A DNA stretch of 64,000 bases from Aulosira sp. ZfuVER01 (GCA_034530615.2 JAVRCV020000030.1:1-64000); one strand, 5' to 3'; counted from the first letter of the stretch, positions 30,838-42,636 are shown. Numbers and translations: made by a program. The notes: generated from the sequence alone by a model not told the origin.

Positions 30838-30886
30838 AAAGGGTAATTGTTAATCAAGAATTAATCATGAATAACAATTACCCTTT
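30838..30886. terminator. Bidirectional terminator
   Basis: Perfect 15-bp stem AAAGGGTAATTGTTA / TAACAATTACCCTTT between convergent genes. Confidence 0.7.
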
Positions 30887-30892
30887 TCTACT

Positions 30893-33106
30893 CTAGCTGC
30901 GTTTATTTTTACTTACGGTAGAGGCGCTAGCATTGACAGTTACTTTATCTGCGCTTACCTTTTCTCCACTCACGCTCTGCCTGTAATACTGTTGATAGTA
31001 TTGATAAGAAACAGGTGCAGCATCTTTAGACTTATTAGCTATCATCCCTAACAAAGGAGTTCCAGAGATCTGAATTTGTTCCAATGCTTGCTGTAGTGCA
31101 GTCCGCTTCAGCTTACCTAAACCAGCAACCAGCACCAGCCCGTCAGTATTAGCCGCTAACAAGTAAGGATCTGCAAAACCTAACAGAGGAGGCGTGTCAT
31201 AAATTACTAAATCAAAGCTTACTTGTAGTTCCTCCATGAGATTATGCATCTTTTGAGAGGCAAGTAACCTGACCGAATCTGGCGGAATCGGTCCAGCCGG
31301 CATCACAAACATATTCTCTTCTAAAGGTGATGGCTCAATTACATTGTGCCAATCCAAATCTTGGGAAATTACATCCGTCAAGCCTTGAATGTTCATGAGT
31401 CCCACTCGATTGTGCAAGCTAGGCGCACGCAGATTGGCATCCACAAGTAATACTCGTTGTCCCATTGCTGCTGCTGCTTGTGCTAGCTGCGTCGCAATCG
31501 TAGATTTACCGTCTCCCTGTCCTGCTGAACTGATTACTAGAGAACGAATTGGTGTATCAGAACCCAAAAGCAGAATATTGGTGTACAAAGAGCGAAAAAC
31601 TTCAAAGAAAGAAGCCCCATCGGAATTTGGCACACCCCGAGAGAAATTGTCTTTTGTCGCCACTTCTAGTTCTTTTCTTAAAGGAACTATTCCCAGTAAT
31701 GGCAGCCTTGTAGCGTCTTTGAGTTCCTGAGAAGAGTAGAAGATATTGCTGAGTTTGTCTACAACTAAAGCTGTGCCTACACCCAATAGCAAACCCAAAA
31801 GACCGCCCAATGCTAAGTTGCGTTTAGCACTGTCTGAGATGGCCAAAGGTTCATTCACTTTCGTAAGTGTAGGATCGAGTAACAGCCAAGGTTGTTGTTT
31901 TTGAGCTTTCTCAATTTGTAAGGATTGTTGTTTAGTAGTAAACTGCGTCAGTGCCTCGTTAGCAATTTGCAGTTCTCGCTGGATGTTGTCGTAATTCCGG
32001 CTAATAGTTGCTAACTTTCTAACTTCACTATAGGCATTGTTAATTTTTACATCCAAAGCTCTATCCCGTGCTGACATTTCTCGGATACGGCTTTGAAAGT
32101 CTTTTTGCACTCGTGCTTCTTCTTGGCCTAACAATGGCAGTAAATACTCTTTCTTTTGTCTTAAAGTCACCATTGCTGGGTTTTCATCTGTAAACACAGC
32201 TGACTGTTGTTTAATTGCAATATCTGCTGCCTGGATTTGATCTAAAATCTTTTGGTAGCGAACATTATCACTCAACAAAGAATTACCTGCTCTCTCACCA
32301 GGTTCTTGAGCTAATTCTTTTTGTAATTCTTCATATCTGGCTACCATTTGTTCTAACTGAACTCGATTTTCTATTCGCTGTTGCCTCAAGGTAGAAATTT
32401 GACTAGATAACTCTTGAGCTTTCTGTGCAGGTTCAATCAAGTTATTATCCAGCCGTAGATTGCGCAATTGGTCTTGCCAGTATTTCAGACTCTTAACTAG
32501 TGGCTGTTTTTGTTGGTTAACAAACTGAATAGCTTGTTCAACATCTGATTGCCGTTCTTGCAAACTATATTGCAGATAAGCATCAGCGAGCAGCTTTAAT
32601 ACATCGCTAACTAACTTTTGATCTGAGTTGGTATATTCAATATTTAAGATGTTTGGCTTACTGGATGAAATCTTTAAGTAATAAACCAGTAGATCATAAG
32701 TGAGGTCTGGGTATTGAGCTTGAAGTTTTTCAACAATAGGATTAAGGACCCTAGGACTTTGCAGAACCGTGATCGTTGTTTGAATATCTCTTGTAGACTC
32801 AGGAGGTGCTACCCTATCTTGGCTATTTAGTGTTTGAGGAACGTTGGCGATCGCTTTATCTTCACCAGTCACCGGCTTGGTTAAAATATCGAACGTGCCT
32901 TGATACACTGGGGGATCTGTTTCCGCCTTTAGCACTGCTGCTGTTGCTACTAAGGCTGTGGTTCCACCAATTAACAATAATCTCCGACGCAAGACTGCTC
33001 CAACTTGACCCAGGTTCAATCCACCTTCATCATCATTTAACTGGGTAAAGTTTGCTTGTGACAACGGGTGAGGATACTTTTCTGACTTCAGCATAGCACT
33101 TGTCAA
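30893..33106 (-). CDS. wzc: Wzc/GumC polysaccharide co-polymerase with BY-kinase domain
   Basis: Two transmembrane helices flanking a coiled coil, GDGKST, YDTPP and the C-terminal Tyr cluster YQYYQQYY. Confidence 0.9.
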   Translation of the reverse strand: MTSAMLKSEKYPHPLSQANFTQLNDDEGGLNLGQVGAVLRRRLLLIGGTTALVATAAVLKAETDPPVYQGTFDILTKPVTGEDKAIANVPQTLNSQDRVAPPESTRDIQTTITVLQSPRVLNPIVEKLQAQYPDLTYDLLVYYLKISSSKPNILNIEYTNSDQKLVSDVLKLLADAYLQYSLQERQSDVEQAIQFVNQQKQPLVKSLKYWQDQLRNLRLDNNLIEPAQKAQELSSQISTLRQQRIENRVQLEQMVARYEELQKELAQEPGERAGNSLLSDNVRYQKILDQIQAADIAIKQQSAVFTDENPAMVTLRQKKEYLLPLLGQEEARVQKDFQSRIREMSARDRALDVKINNAYSEVRKLATISRNYDNIQRELQIANEALTQFTTKQQSLQIEKAQKQQPWLLLDPTLTKVNEPLAISDSAKRNLALGGLLGLLLGVGTALVVDKLSNIFYSSQELKDATRLPLLGIVPLRKELEVATKDNFSRGVPNSDGASFFEVFRSLYTNILLLGSDTPIRSLVISSAGQGDGKSTIATQLAQAAAAMGQRVLLVDANLRAPSLHNRVGLMNIQGLTDVISQDLDWHNVIEPSPLEENMFVMPAGPIPPDSVRLLASQKMHNLMEELQVSFDLVIYDTPPLLGFADPYLLAANTDGLVLVAGLGKLKRTALQQALEQIQISGTPLLGMIANKSKDAAPVSYQYYQQYYRQSVSGEKVSADKVTVNASASTVSKNKRS

Positions 33107-33964
33107 ATAAACTACTTATATTCCTTACACGGTGAATTCTTCGATTCAATCTTGGTATAGGTAGTTAGATTGCTCCGAAGTTGTTTTCTTGTCTCTGCAC
33201 CCTAGTAAACCAATAAATTTACTGATAACTCATATAATACAAACAATATTAGGGGGTAAATAATTTTACCAAGACATTACTGAATACAAATACTTAGCTT
33301 AGGCTGCTATATATTTAAGATACGGCTAATTTGAATAATTTTACTATAACTACAGTAGCATTACGCAGGAAGAATTGGTGGAATTCTTTAAAAGATGAGT
33401 CTAACTTTGGAGAAAATGTGGTTCTTTACGTATAAACACTAGATTAATCTGTATTGAGAATAGCCATATTTGAAAATATTTAGATATATACTTAAATTTA
33501 GAAAATATACTGAATTTTTGTAAACAACTGTAATTTTCATATAAAACAGAATTCAAAATTAAAACAGACTTGATGCCTGTATTTGTGACTTACGATCTGT
33601 ATTTCTCTCACTTGAAACCGCTGTATTATCTCAGAGTCTAAGTTACAGGCTATTAAGCAACTATACAGGGATGCGTTTAAGACGACACATTGAAGCTCTT
33701 AGACCCCAAACCTAAAAACTATTGATTCAATTCTAGGAAGATATTTTTTGTCTGCATGAAAAAATTCGCTGGTTGAGAACCATGCGATCGCCTACGGAAA
33801 GATATATCTCTCCTTCATCATTCGTTGAAAAGCAGTTAGTACAGGAGGGTTTTCGCTAAAAAAATACTAGAAGTGTTTGAATAAGTAAATTCTTTTGCTC
33901 TACGCAAACCAAATGCCAGAAAAGCTCTGTTTTACTATACCTCGCAGGCTTTGTTCTTCAACAT

Positions 33965-33994
33965 AAAAAATTAAAGCCTTAGAGGCTTTGAATT
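33965..33994 (-). terminator. Terminator candidate downstream of tRNA-Gln
   Basis: AAAGCCT/AGGCTTT hairpin followed by a T-run on the minus strand. Confidence 0.45.
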
Positions 33995-34022
33995 TAATGA
34001 AGTAGTAGAGCTTTTAAATGAA

Positions 34023-34094
34023 CTGGGGCGCTAGGATTCGAACCTAGGGATGGCGGGACCAAAACCCGCTGCCTTACCACTTGGCTACGCCCCA
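34023..34094 (-). tRNA. trnQ: tRNA-Gln(UUG)
   Basis: TGGGGCG acceptor stem, anticodon arm GCGGG-TTTTGGT-CCCGC, GTTCGAATC T-loop. CCA not encoded. Confidence 0.97.
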
Positions 34095-34112
34095 ACAATT
34101 TGCACTTTAGAT

Positions 34113-34143
34113 AATATAACAGCCAATGCTGGGTTAGTGTCAA
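34113..34143 (-). promoter_or_regulatory. Promoter candidate for tRNA-Gln
   Basis: TTGACA (34143-34138) and extended -10 TGTTATATT. The spacer is long (19 bp). Confidence 0.45.
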
Positions 34144-34214
34144 GTACTTTTGAGAAAAAAAATTAAGATTAATTGCTTTGCTTTACAGCCAGATAGCGAG
34201 CATCCTGAATAAAT

Positions 34215-35642
34215 TTAACTCTGCTTGGTATAAAGCTGACGGTTGGCACCAGTAAATTCTTGGTGTGCTTGAGGATTAAGTGATTGCCTACTCATCTGTC
34301 GTTGATGCCATTGTAACCCAATCAAAATAGCCACAGTCATTGTTTGACCAGGTTCTTCCATCTGAGTAATAATCAGTCCGTAAATAAACAAAGTCAGCAT
34401 TAGCAATTTGGATAAGTCGTCCCGGCAAAGACGGCTCCAAACGATATAACCCAAATACAGATAACTTACTAAACCGAAAAAGCCTAAATCTCCCCAAATA
34501 CCAGCCCAGCTGAAAAGAGGCATAAACATGGAAGATTCTAGAATCAGCCAATTAGAGTTTACATAAGCCCAAATTTGTTCTGTTACAGGATGAGTGGTAA
34601 CACCTAAGGGAGCCAGCATAGATGCATAATCCCGGAATACCCATCCTCCTAGCCTGCTCACAGTATGACCAGGGCCTAAACCAAACAACCAATTGAAAGG
34701 AGAGTGAAAATAACTAGATATCATGCGCATTCCTGCTATTTTAGCCTGATAGCCTTCACCATCAGGAGGAATGTAAAGTGATGTTCTATTTGCCCAATGT
34801 TTGAATGCACTTAAAGCTTCTATATCTAAATTTTCCATTACCCAGAAAAAACCACCAATGACAATAACTACAGCTACAAAATACAATAGCAGCTTGCGAA
34901 AATCACTAAATTTAGTTAGTACTAAAATTATCCAAGCCAGGAAAAAAACTACCAATACTTGCTTGGAGTCAGAAACTAATAAGTGATAAAATGCAGCAAA
35001 TATACAAAATATTCGCCACCAAAGAGGGGCACTTTTAGCATTTATCAAATAATACAAGGCAACACTTATTGAAACTGAAACAGATACATAATTACCCGCT
35101 CCAGATAAATAGAATACACCTTGAACGTTATCTGGTAAAGAATATCTAGTATACTTAAGTACACCTAAAATCAGCAGAAAGTATTGAGCGATCGCCAAAA
35201 TTATATTAATAACGGCAGATGCTAAAAGAAAAAATCTTAATTTTTTCCAGCTTGCTATTGATAGTGGCAAACAAGATATTGCTAACAAGAGCATAAAAGG
35301 CTCAGTTAGTAATATAAAATCTAAAACTACGTTAATAAATCCTGCACGATTTAACAGCGCACTTGTAAGCATTACTCCTAAGAAAAAAAGTAACCCGGCT
35401 ATAACTTCCCACGAAAATCTTATCTGCAACCGATTTCTTGTTGAAGTACTAACTATGACAATCCCCAATACTACGGGAACAACTAAGAAATGGACAAAAT
35501 TGATAATTGAGGGTCCACCAACTGCACTAATGACGCGAGGATAAAAAGCGCTGGCAAAGGCTAACAATATTAAAGATATATTTTTAATATACCCTTGTTT
35601 ATTGTTTTGATAAATTGCTGATTCATCAACAAAACTATGCAT
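34215..35642 (-). CDS. Polytopic membrane protein, Wzy polymerase / O-antigen-ligase-like
   Basis: About 11-12 hydrophobic segments, a late periplasmic loop with LFGLGPG and a WGDLGFFG motif, in glycan-cluster context. Confidence 0.65.
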   Translation of the reverse strand: MHSFVDESAIYQNNKQGYIKNISLILLAFASAFYPRVISAVGGPSIINFVHFLVVPVVLGIVIVSTSTRNRLQIRFSWEVIAGLLFFLGVMLTSALLNRAGFINVVLDFILLTEPFMLLLAISCLPLSIASWKKLRFFLLASAVINIILAIAQYFLLILGVLKYTRYSLPDNVQGVFYLSGAGNYVSVSVSISVALYYLINAKSAPLWWRIFCIFAAFYHLLVSDSKQVLVVFFLAWIILVLTKFSDFRKLLLYFVAVVIVIGGFFWVMENLDIEALSAFKHWANRTSLYIPPDGEGYQAKIAGMRMISSYFHSPFNWLFGLGPGHTVSRLGGWVFRDYASMLAPLGVTTHPVTEQIWAYVNSNWLILESSMFMPLFSWAGIWGDLGFFGLVSYLYLGYIVWSRLCRDDLSKLLMLTLFIYGLIITQMEEPGQTMTVAILIGLQWHQRQMSRQSLNPQAHQEFTGANRQLYTKQS

Positions 35643-35733
35643 ATATTTTCCAGAAAATTTATCTTATTAATTGATAATAATATCAATTAAAATTTTTCTA
35701 ACTAAAGTCAGATATTTCAACTACTGAAAGTAT

Positions 35734-36858
35734 TTAAAATACTAACATTCTAGCATAAAAATTAAGATATTGATGCGCAGTATTTAGCTTGCAAAAACGC
35801 TGATCGGGGATAATGTGGTTAGAATCAGGTTCAGATAAACAATCTGTAATAGCTTTAGCGAGATTTTGGGTAGTATCTCCGTGCAATTCAAAATAATTAC
35901 AGTTATTATTGCCAATTTCTCTGAATATGGGAATATTAGAACAGACTACTCTACAAGCAAGATACAGTGCCTCAGCTAAAGGCAAACAAAAACCTTCAGT
36001 TGAAGAAGGTACCACTAAAAGCTGGCAATTCTCATACAACCAACGTAATTCACCATCATCTATTGATGTCATGAGCAAAATACGATCTTGTAAGGAAAGT
36101 GCTTGGATTTGGTTATGAATATTCTCCGTCTCTGGCCCAGTGCTACCTACAATAATTAACTGAGTCGAATCTTTTATCTGATGAGCATTTAACAATAGAT
36201 GATAAGATTTGATTAGAATATCTAAGTTTTTATTTTTGCGATGCTGGGCAACAGCTAGTAAAAAAGGTAGTTGAGCATTAGTAGATTTTGGTGCTTGAGA
36301 AGTTACATGGCTAAAGTCTACATAATTATAGATAACACTAGCCTTTTTTCGCTGCTCAATTTGAGGGAAATATTCCTTTAAGCGTTCTAGAGTATATTGA
36401 GAAACGCAGGATAATCCATCACTATTGTTAATACATTGCTTTAGGAATAACTGATTAAAAATCACATTAGGATAGCCAAAATTCTGTGGATATTCATAAG
36501 CATATAAATCATGAATAGTAGCTACTACAGGGCATGGAAAAAGTTGACGAATAAACGGCAGTGGAAAGGCTAGATGTACTAAATCAGCATGAAGTTGTTT
36601 GGCTAGTTTTGGCAAATCCCATAAAAACCAAAAATTCCTTGTAATGGATATATTTTTAACATCTACACTTACCAAAGTGATTTTATTTGATTCTAAAGAA
36701 AAAGAAGTTTCAAAATAATATTTTTGCCATGAACCTACAACTAAAGTTACTTTACTAATGTTATCTGTGTCAGCAAGACATTTTGCAAGATTTGCAGCAT
36801 GTCTACAAACTCCAGTAGGTTTTGTAGGTCTGTGTAAAGCAGCAATTAAAATGTGCAT
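35734..36858 (-). CDS. Glycosyltransferase family 4
   Basis: TIHDL, KNKNL and EGFCLPLAEA. Confidence 0.88.
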   Translation of the reverse strand: MHILIAALHRPTKPTGVCRHAANLAKCLADTDNISKVTLVVGSWQKYYFETSFSLESNKITLVSVDVKNISITRNFWFLWDLPKLAKQLHADLVHLAFPLPFIRQLFPCPVVATIHDLYAYEYPQNFGYPNVIFNQLFLKQCINNSDGLSCVSQYTLERLKEYFPQIEQRKKASVIYNYVDFSHVTSQAPKSTNAQLPFLLAVAQHRKNKNLDILIKSYHLLLNAHQIKDSTQLIIVGSTGPETENIHNQIQALSLQDRILLMTSIDDGELRWLYENCQLLVVPSSTEGFCLPLAEALYLACRVVCSNIPIFREIGNNNCNYFELHGDTTQNLAKAITDCLSEPDSNHIIPDQRFCKLNTAHQYLNFYARMLVF

Positions 36859-36909
36859 ATTATAGTTTTATTAAATAATTTGTAACTGAAATGAAAATAT
36901 AGTATTTGT

Positions 36910-38022
36910 TTATGTACTAAATAAATATTTGGATATTGTCCTATTTTTCATAAGCAAATCTACAGCTAGCCAGCTAATAAAAAAACTAGGTATAGAAAAT
37001 ACCATTTGAGAAAGAATAGTTACCTGTTCTAGAAGATGAGGTTGTATTTTTTTAACTAAAATCTCCATAATATTGATTGCTAAAGGGTGAATCAAGTAAA
37101 TTCCAAAAGAACATAATCCCAAATTTTTTATAAAATTGTTCTCCTTTAATTGATTTGATAAAGCAATGCCAAACGCTAGTAGAGAGTATCCTAATAAAAC
37201 TTCTCTAAAGCCAATAGGTAAAAACCAATTTCCTAAAAAATCGATAATAATAAATACCAATAATGCTAATGTAGTAGCTGTAAGTTTGGAGAACGGCAAT
37301 GTAAAGTTACTTTTAAAAAGAATAAATTTCCATGTTATGGCAATAAAGAAGTAAGGCAGACACCTCACTATCCATGCAGTTGTTACTGAAATAAATCTCA
37401 AAACTTCATTGCTATTACTTTGGTTAGGAATTAATTGGCTTAATAGTCCTTGAAAAGCTACATCAGAGCCTAATAAAAATGTATTGTTAGTTATAATAAG
37501 TAAGTCATAAGAAATCAGACTTAATAAAGTTAAAATGAATAATCCTATAATAGAAATTTTGGTTTTATCTAAGTAAAACGCAATTATCATAAGTGAAGTT
37601 CCCACTAACAGTATCGGTAAAAAATATAATTGTATTGCTGCTCCTCCATAAAAAATTATTGAGAATGGATCTTTAAATAATTCATTTAGCTTATTATCTT
37701 GATGTAACGCTAAAAACATTATTGTTTTGATCGCCAAAAATATTATTGTCCAGATGATATATGGAAAAAGAATACGCTGCAATCTAACTTGCCAATAATT
37801 CCATGAAAAATCAGGATTACGCCTACAAATCATTAGATAAAAAGACGTAGCTAAAAAGAAGGGCACAGGAAAGTTAAATAAATATGAAAGCTGTGCAGAT
37901 AAAGGGTGTACAGTAGCCCAAGTTTTATCTCCAGAATGCAACAAAATAACACCATATGCTGCGATACCACGGCATAAATCTATTCCTGCAAATCTTGATT
38001 TTTTTTCTATCTTGCTGTTCAT
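36910..38022 (-). CDS. Acyltransferase family 3 (glycan O-acylation)
   Basis: IDLCRGIAAYGVILLH, VPFFLATSFYL, QLYFLP and SFGIYLIH, with many transmembrane segments. Confidence 0.85.
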   Translation of the reverse strand: MNSKIEKKSRFAGIDLCRGIAAYGVILLHSGDKTWATVHPLSAQLSYLFNFPVPFFLATSFYLMICRRNPDFSWNYWQVRLQRILFPYIIWTIIFLAIKTIMFLALHQDNKLNELFKDPFSIIFYGGAAIQLYFLPILLVGTSLMIIAFYLDKTKISIIGLFILTLLSLISYDLLIITNNTFLLGSDVAFQGLLSQLIPNQSNSNEVLRFISVTTAWIVRCLPYFFIAITWKFILFKSNFTLPFSKLTATTLALLVFIIIDFLGNWFLPIGFREVLLGYSLLAFGIALSNQLKENNFIKNLGLCSFGIYLIHPLAINIMEILVKKIQPHLLEQVTILSQMVFSIPSFFISWLAVDLLMKNRTISKYLFST

Positions 38023-38178
38023 AAATATTTCTGAGGTAAATAACTAACTAGTAATAGTAATCAGTTGCCTATACGTGAACAGTCTTGTAATATGGGTTTT
38101 TAAGCAAATTTAATCTGAGTAATTGTTTTTGCTAGCCTGCACTAGTAGTAATTAGTTTTTCACTAAAAAACCTTTAAT

Positions 38179-39429
38179 TTAATGAAGTACTTTCGGTTTT
38201 TGAAAAGATATAGCTTCCTCATAGACTTGAGCAAGGCGTTTACCCATAACCTGCCAACTATAGGTATCTCTGACTAATTTCTGCCCTGCTTGCCCCATGC
38301 GGATGCGGAGTTCTGGATCTTTCGCTAAAGTAATCAATGCTTTTGACAAATCCTCAACTGCTTGCTCTGGATTAATTGCAGAAATTTTGAAGCCAGTATC
38401 TGCTGTTACCTGCTGTGCTGGTCCTCCTAAATCTAAACAGATGACTGGACGGCCTGTTGCCATTGCTTCAATACATACCCATCCACCTGAGTCATGTAAA
38501 CTAGGGTGAACTAATACATGACAATTTCCTAAATTTTCTAGGGTCTTTTCGCGAGGTAATCTACCCCAGAATTTCACTTTTTGTGCAATGCCTAAGTTTT
38601 GTGCCATGTTTTGCAGTCGCTCCCATTCTGGCCCATCCCCGACAATCCAATATTCTGCTTCAGCTAAGTTTGCTTTTGCAAAAGCTCGTAAACCTAAGTG
38701 AAAGCCTTTCCAATGCAAAAGTCTGCCCATACTAATAAACCTAACAGGTTGTTGAGCAGGAATTGGATATTGGTTAAGTACAGCAATTTCTTCTGGGAGT
38801 AAACCTGATTCTGAAAGAATATCCACATATTTCACACCCATTTTATACAGTCTTTTAGCTGTATCTTCAGTTGTGGCTCTGACTATAGCGCTCTTTCTTG
38901 CAGTCAGATGCACAAACGGATCGAGTTCCCCTAAAGAGCGAGTGAAAATCCGTGCCGTTTCGTAAGCTTTAGCACGGAAGTTGAAGTCCTGCCAAAATTG
39001 TTTTGGAGCCGTTTCGCCACCACCAACAGGTCCCCAGATAAAGGGAACGGGCAATAATGACAGAAAGCTGGGATTAGAATACTTAACAAATGTAACATGA
39101 TGTACTACATTAAAGCCAATTTCACGATGCAAACTACGGGCTACAAAGTATGCTTGTATCTGCCATAAATAGTAGTGGATTTGCATTGCGCCATTCGACC
39201 CTAAGCGCCAGAGTCCACCCAAAAGGGGTAATGTAAAATACACAAAGTGCAAGTTAGGAATTGGATTAGAGGCTAGCTCTGCTTCAATAGCTTCTTTACT
39301 TTCATCAGGTCGAGTTAAAACCCAAACTTCATGGTATTTGGCAGCTTCTCGAACCACATTCCACCCGACACCACGCTCAGATCCTTTTCCCGGTTCACAC
39401 GAATAAGCAGAAATTAAGACTTTCATCAT
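38179..39429 (-). CDS. Glycosyltransferase family 4
   Basis: SAYSCEPGKGSE, GRLLHWKG and HDSGGWVCIEAM. Confidence 0.9.
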   Translation of the reverse strand: MMKVLISAYSCEPGKGSERGVGWNVVREAAKYHEVWVLTRPDESKEAIEAELASNPIPNLHFVYFTLPLLGGLWRLGSNGAMQIHYYLWQIQAYFVARSLHREIGFNVVHHVTFVKYSNPSFLSLLPVPFIWGPVGGGETAPKQFWQDFNFRAKAYETARIFTRSLGELDPFVHLTARKSAIVRATTEDTAKRLYKMGVKYVDILSESGLLPEEIAVLNQYPIPAQQPVRFISMGRLLHWKGFHLGLRAFAKANLAEAEYWIVGDGPEWERLQNMAQNLGIAQKVKFWGRLPREKTLENLGNCHVLVHPSLHDSGGWVCIEAMATGRPVICLDLGGPAQQVTADTGFKISAINPEQAVEDLSKALITLAKDPELRIRMGQAGQKLVRDTYSWQVMGKRLAQVYEEAISFQKPKVLH

Positions 39430-39523
39430 TAATGAATATATAGTTTAATAAACAATGTCAGTTACATAGAATACATCAAGAATATCCACCAATTAGCATA
39501 TTTTTTCCTCTCTCAAAAAACAA

Positions 39524-40630
39524 CTAATAGCCCAACAGTTTTTCATAAATTTCAGCAAGTTTCTCTGCTGTTTTTTCCCAAGTAAATAACTTAGCTCTTG
39601 ACAATCCTTTATCGACTAATTCTTGATAATATATTGGGTCATTATGCAATCGCAGCACTGCTGCTGATATCGCTTGAGGATCTTTTGGATTAACTAGAAT
39701 TGCAGCATCTCCAGCTACTTCAGGCATAGCTGAGGTGTTTGAAGTAATAACTGGAGTCCCACAAGCCATTGCTTCTAAAATTGTGATGCCGAATCCTTCA
39801 TGCAGTGAAGGGGCTATCAGAATATCAGCAGCATTATATATTTGAACTAACGTATTTTTATCTGGCTTACCAAAGTAAGTTATATAGTTTTCTAACTGGT
39901 GATTTTGGATGTATTGTTGTTGCTCATCTGTGAAATCAGCCCCAACTTTCCAAAACTTGAAAGGTATTTCTTTTTGTTTGAGGATATTTAAGGCTTCAAG
40001 TATAGTAAAAATATTTTTACGAGGATGATTAGCCCCTACATTAAGTAGGTGAGTTGTTTTAGAAGCAAATCCCTGTTTTTGCCAAAAAGAGTCAATCTCA
40101 GATTGAGGCAATGGACGAAATATCGGCTCAACAGCATTAGGAGTTACAGATATTTTGGCTGGTTCTATATTTAATAATTGAGTGGTATCCTTAGCTGTGA
40201 TATGAGAGACAGCAAAGATGTGGTTAGCATACTTCATACCTTTTACAGCCAGTAGCCATACAGTCTTACTAACAAACGGTAATTGCACCGAACCTTGAAG
40301 ATTTCCAGAATAATAAAAATTTATTAAATCATGGCAGGTGACAACAGTTTTAGCAGCTTTATGTAACCAGTAAACAATATGAGCTTCAGCAGGTTCGATA
40401 ATATGAAAAATATCAGCTGATTGCTGTTTTACAAATCGCGGAAAACGCCAGAAACGCTCATAATATTTGTTAATTCTCAGAAGCAAAGAGGAACTCGATC
40501 TATCAAAATTACGCGGTGCTAAATCCACAATTTCCCAATCAGGTCGGATAGCTTTTAGACCTGAAATAATGCCATCTGCATAGACATCCATGCTGAATTC
40601 TTGCATGGTACGGACAATAACTACGCGCAT
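39524..40630 (-). CDS. Glycosyltransferase family 4
   Basis: TCHDL, PRKN and [14 protein letters not shown]. Confidence 0.9.
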   Translation of the reverse strand: MRVVIVRTMQEFSMDVYADGIISGLKAIRPDWEIVDLAPRNFDRSSSSLLLRINKYYERFWRFPRFVKQQSADIFHIIEPAEAHIVYWLHKAAKTVVTCHDLINFYYSGNLQGSVQLPFVSKTVWLLAVKGMKYANHIFAVSHITAKDTTQLLNIEPAKISVTPNAVEPIFRPLPQSEIDSFWQKQGFASKTTHLLNVGANHPRKNIFTILEALNILKQKEIPFKFWKVGADFTDEQQQYIQNHQLENYITYFGKPDKNTLVQIYNAADILIAPSLHEGFGITILEAMACGTPVITSNTSAMPEVAGDAAILVNPKDPQAISAAVLRLHNDPIYYQELVDKGLSRAKLFTWEKTAEKLAEIYEKLLGY

Positions 40631-40662
40631 AATTAGTTTTCCTTTGCATCACACTCCAAATT

Positions 40663-41838
40663 TCAATTAAAGCCAACTTTGTTCATAGCATACCTATTAC
40701 TGCTTGGCTGGATTAGGTTGTGCCAAAGGTTTATTAAACGTTCAGCAATCTTTTCATGTGTATAATGCTGATCGACTCTTGTTATACCATGTTGTTTTAA
40801 CTCTTGCTGCCAATTTGGATTGCGAATCATTCGTTCCAGAATTGCTGCTAATCCTTCTGATTCTCCTTCTGGAAATACCAAGTCAGAACGCCCAATGACG
40901 TTGGCAATTTCACCACTACTAGAACCTACTACAGGAACACCCATTGCCATCGCTTCAATCAGGACGTGACCAAATTGTTCCTTCCATCTGGCAGTAGTTA
41001 GGGAAGGCAGAACTAAAACATCAAATTTACTGATTTCCTCAGGTGCTTGCTCATGGCGTACTGATCCACGCCAAACAACTAAATCTGCTATTTGCTGCTT
41101 CTGGGCTTCTTGTTTGAGAACTTCTTCATCGGAACCGGAACCACAGATAATAATCCGGGGGTTGAGTCCTTGTTCTTTAAGTAAACGTGCAGCAGTAAAT
41201 ATGGTGTTGACACCCTTTTCAGGCACTAATCTACCAAGAAATCCAATGTGAAATTCTCCATTTTTATTTTCAGGCGATCGCGGACTAAATAATTGAGTAT
41301 CCACTCCCATCTGAGGCATAATTTCCATTAATCCGGTATAACCCCATTGCCGTAGTAAATTAGCTCCGTCCTGATTGCCTGGAAGCATGAGTTTAGTTGT
41401 ATTCATCACAAATTGACGTACCCAGCGACGCACAATAGGCAGGTTACGATCCATATTTTCCCAGCCAAATACGACCATTGGCTTGTTTGTGATTCTGCTC
41501 CAAATTGCTAACTCAAAAGTACAAAGAGAAAATACTTCTTCTTCTACCTGCACGATATCAGGTTGAAAATCTTTCAGAACTTGCCACAGGTGCCAAGGTG
41601 TATACATATGAGCACCGCCGCGGCCGGAAAAAATTACAGGTGCTGTATAGATTTTAATTTTGGGGTAAGGTGTTTCTACTTCAAATTGGCGATTCCACTC
41701 CAGTGCTTTCCAGTTGCTAGGAGTTAGTAGGCCGACTTCAACTTTACCAGTTTCTGCGATCGCATTCAGCTTTCCTTGGTTCACACCAACTACATAAGCG
41801 TGGCTGACAAAAAGTACACGTAGGGATGAATTGGTCAT
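40663..41838 (-). CDS. Glycosyltransferase family 4
   Basis: GRLVPEKG and WKEQFGHVLIEAMAMG. ATG at 41838 lies after AGGAG...AAGGTG. Confidence 0.9.
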   Translation of the reverse strand: MTNSSLRVLFVSHAYVVGVNQGKLNAIAETGKVEVGLLTPSNWKALEWNRQFEVETPYPKIKIYTAPVIFSGRGGAHMYTPWHLWQVLKDFQPDIVQVEEEVFSLCTFELAIWSRITNKPMVVFGWENMDRNLPIVRRWVRQFVMNTTKLMLPGNQDGANLLRQWGYTGLMEIMPQMGVDTQLFSPRSPENKNGEFHIGFLGRLVPEKGVNTIFTAARLLKEQGLNPRIIICGSGSDEEVLKQEAQKQQIADLVVWRGSVRHEQAPEEISKFDVLVLPSLTTARWKEQFGHVLIEAMAMGVPVVGSSSGEIANVIGRSDLVFPEGESEGLAAILERMIRNPNWQQELKQHGITRVDQHYTHEKIAERLINLWHNLIQPSSNRYAMNKVGFN

Positions 41839-41973
41839 TACACCTTTTCTCCTCAATGACACAAGTAGATTACTAGCTGAAGAAATTGGGAAAGACGCGA
41901 AGATAAATGGTTCATAATCTATTAGCTATGACTGAAGTAGGCAGAACTTAGTCTAGAAAACCGATTTAGTAGC

Positions 41974-42636
41974 CTATTTCACCAACATCGATTCTACTGG
42001 TTTGTAGGTGTGGGCAAGAGTTTTTTTGCCTTCTACAATCACAGATTGGATAGTTCGGCTGGAGTCTTCTATCTCCGACAAATCGTTAATCTCACTTTCA
42101 AAAGCTTGCTTGCTAGCTACTTCAAAACCAATCTCGGACATGACTCTCAGTAAGGTAGGAGTGTCATACATACACTTATGAGGAAATCGAATAAATGGCG
42201 CTAATTTACTCTTCAGCACCCCATCTTCAGGAGAATCATAGCCGACATACAGTTCATCCAGCAGTTTGTCAGCAGTGATTTCACCTTGCACGTATTTATT
42301 GATGATTACCCTCAAATCTGGCACGATGATGCGAATAATGCCATTAGGTTTTAAAACCCGATGGCACTCTCTTAAAAAATGTTGCCCTTCGGTTTTGGAT
42401 AGATGCTCTAGAGTATGGGAACTATAAACTACATCTACAGAATTATCTTTCCACGGAAATTTCTTTCGTAAATCATAGAGAAAAATGTTCTCTGGCCAAT
42501 CAAGATTAAGGATTTTAAAGCGTTTATTAATCTGGGAGATAACTGGTAGTTTTGCTATCCAAGCACCCATTGCATAGTCTACATTGACCCAGCCACTCGG
42601 AGTATGAGAACCGCAACCAAGATTTAGCTTTAACAT
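41974..42636 (-). CDS. Class I SAM-dependent methyltransferase
   Basis: LNLGCG, SHTLEHL and RVLKPNG..RIIVPD. Confidence 0.88.
   Translation of the reverse strand: MLKLNLGCGSHTPSGWVNVDYAMGAWIAKLPVISQINKRFKILNLDWPENIFLYDLRKKFPWKDNSVDVVYSSHTLEHLSKTEGQHFLRECHRVLKPNGIIRIIVPDLRVIINKYVQGEITADKLLDELYVGYDSPEDGVLKSKLAPFIRFPHKCMYDTPTLLRVMSEIGFEVASKQAFESEINDLSEIEDSSRTIQSVIVEGKKTLAHTYKPVESMLVK

Noticed and set aside
31420..31520. Inactive Wzc kinase, because Walker A' reads DAN rather than DxD
   Set aside because: The Walker A lysine, Walker B (DTPP) and the Tyr cluster are intact, so one substitution is not enough to call it inactive.
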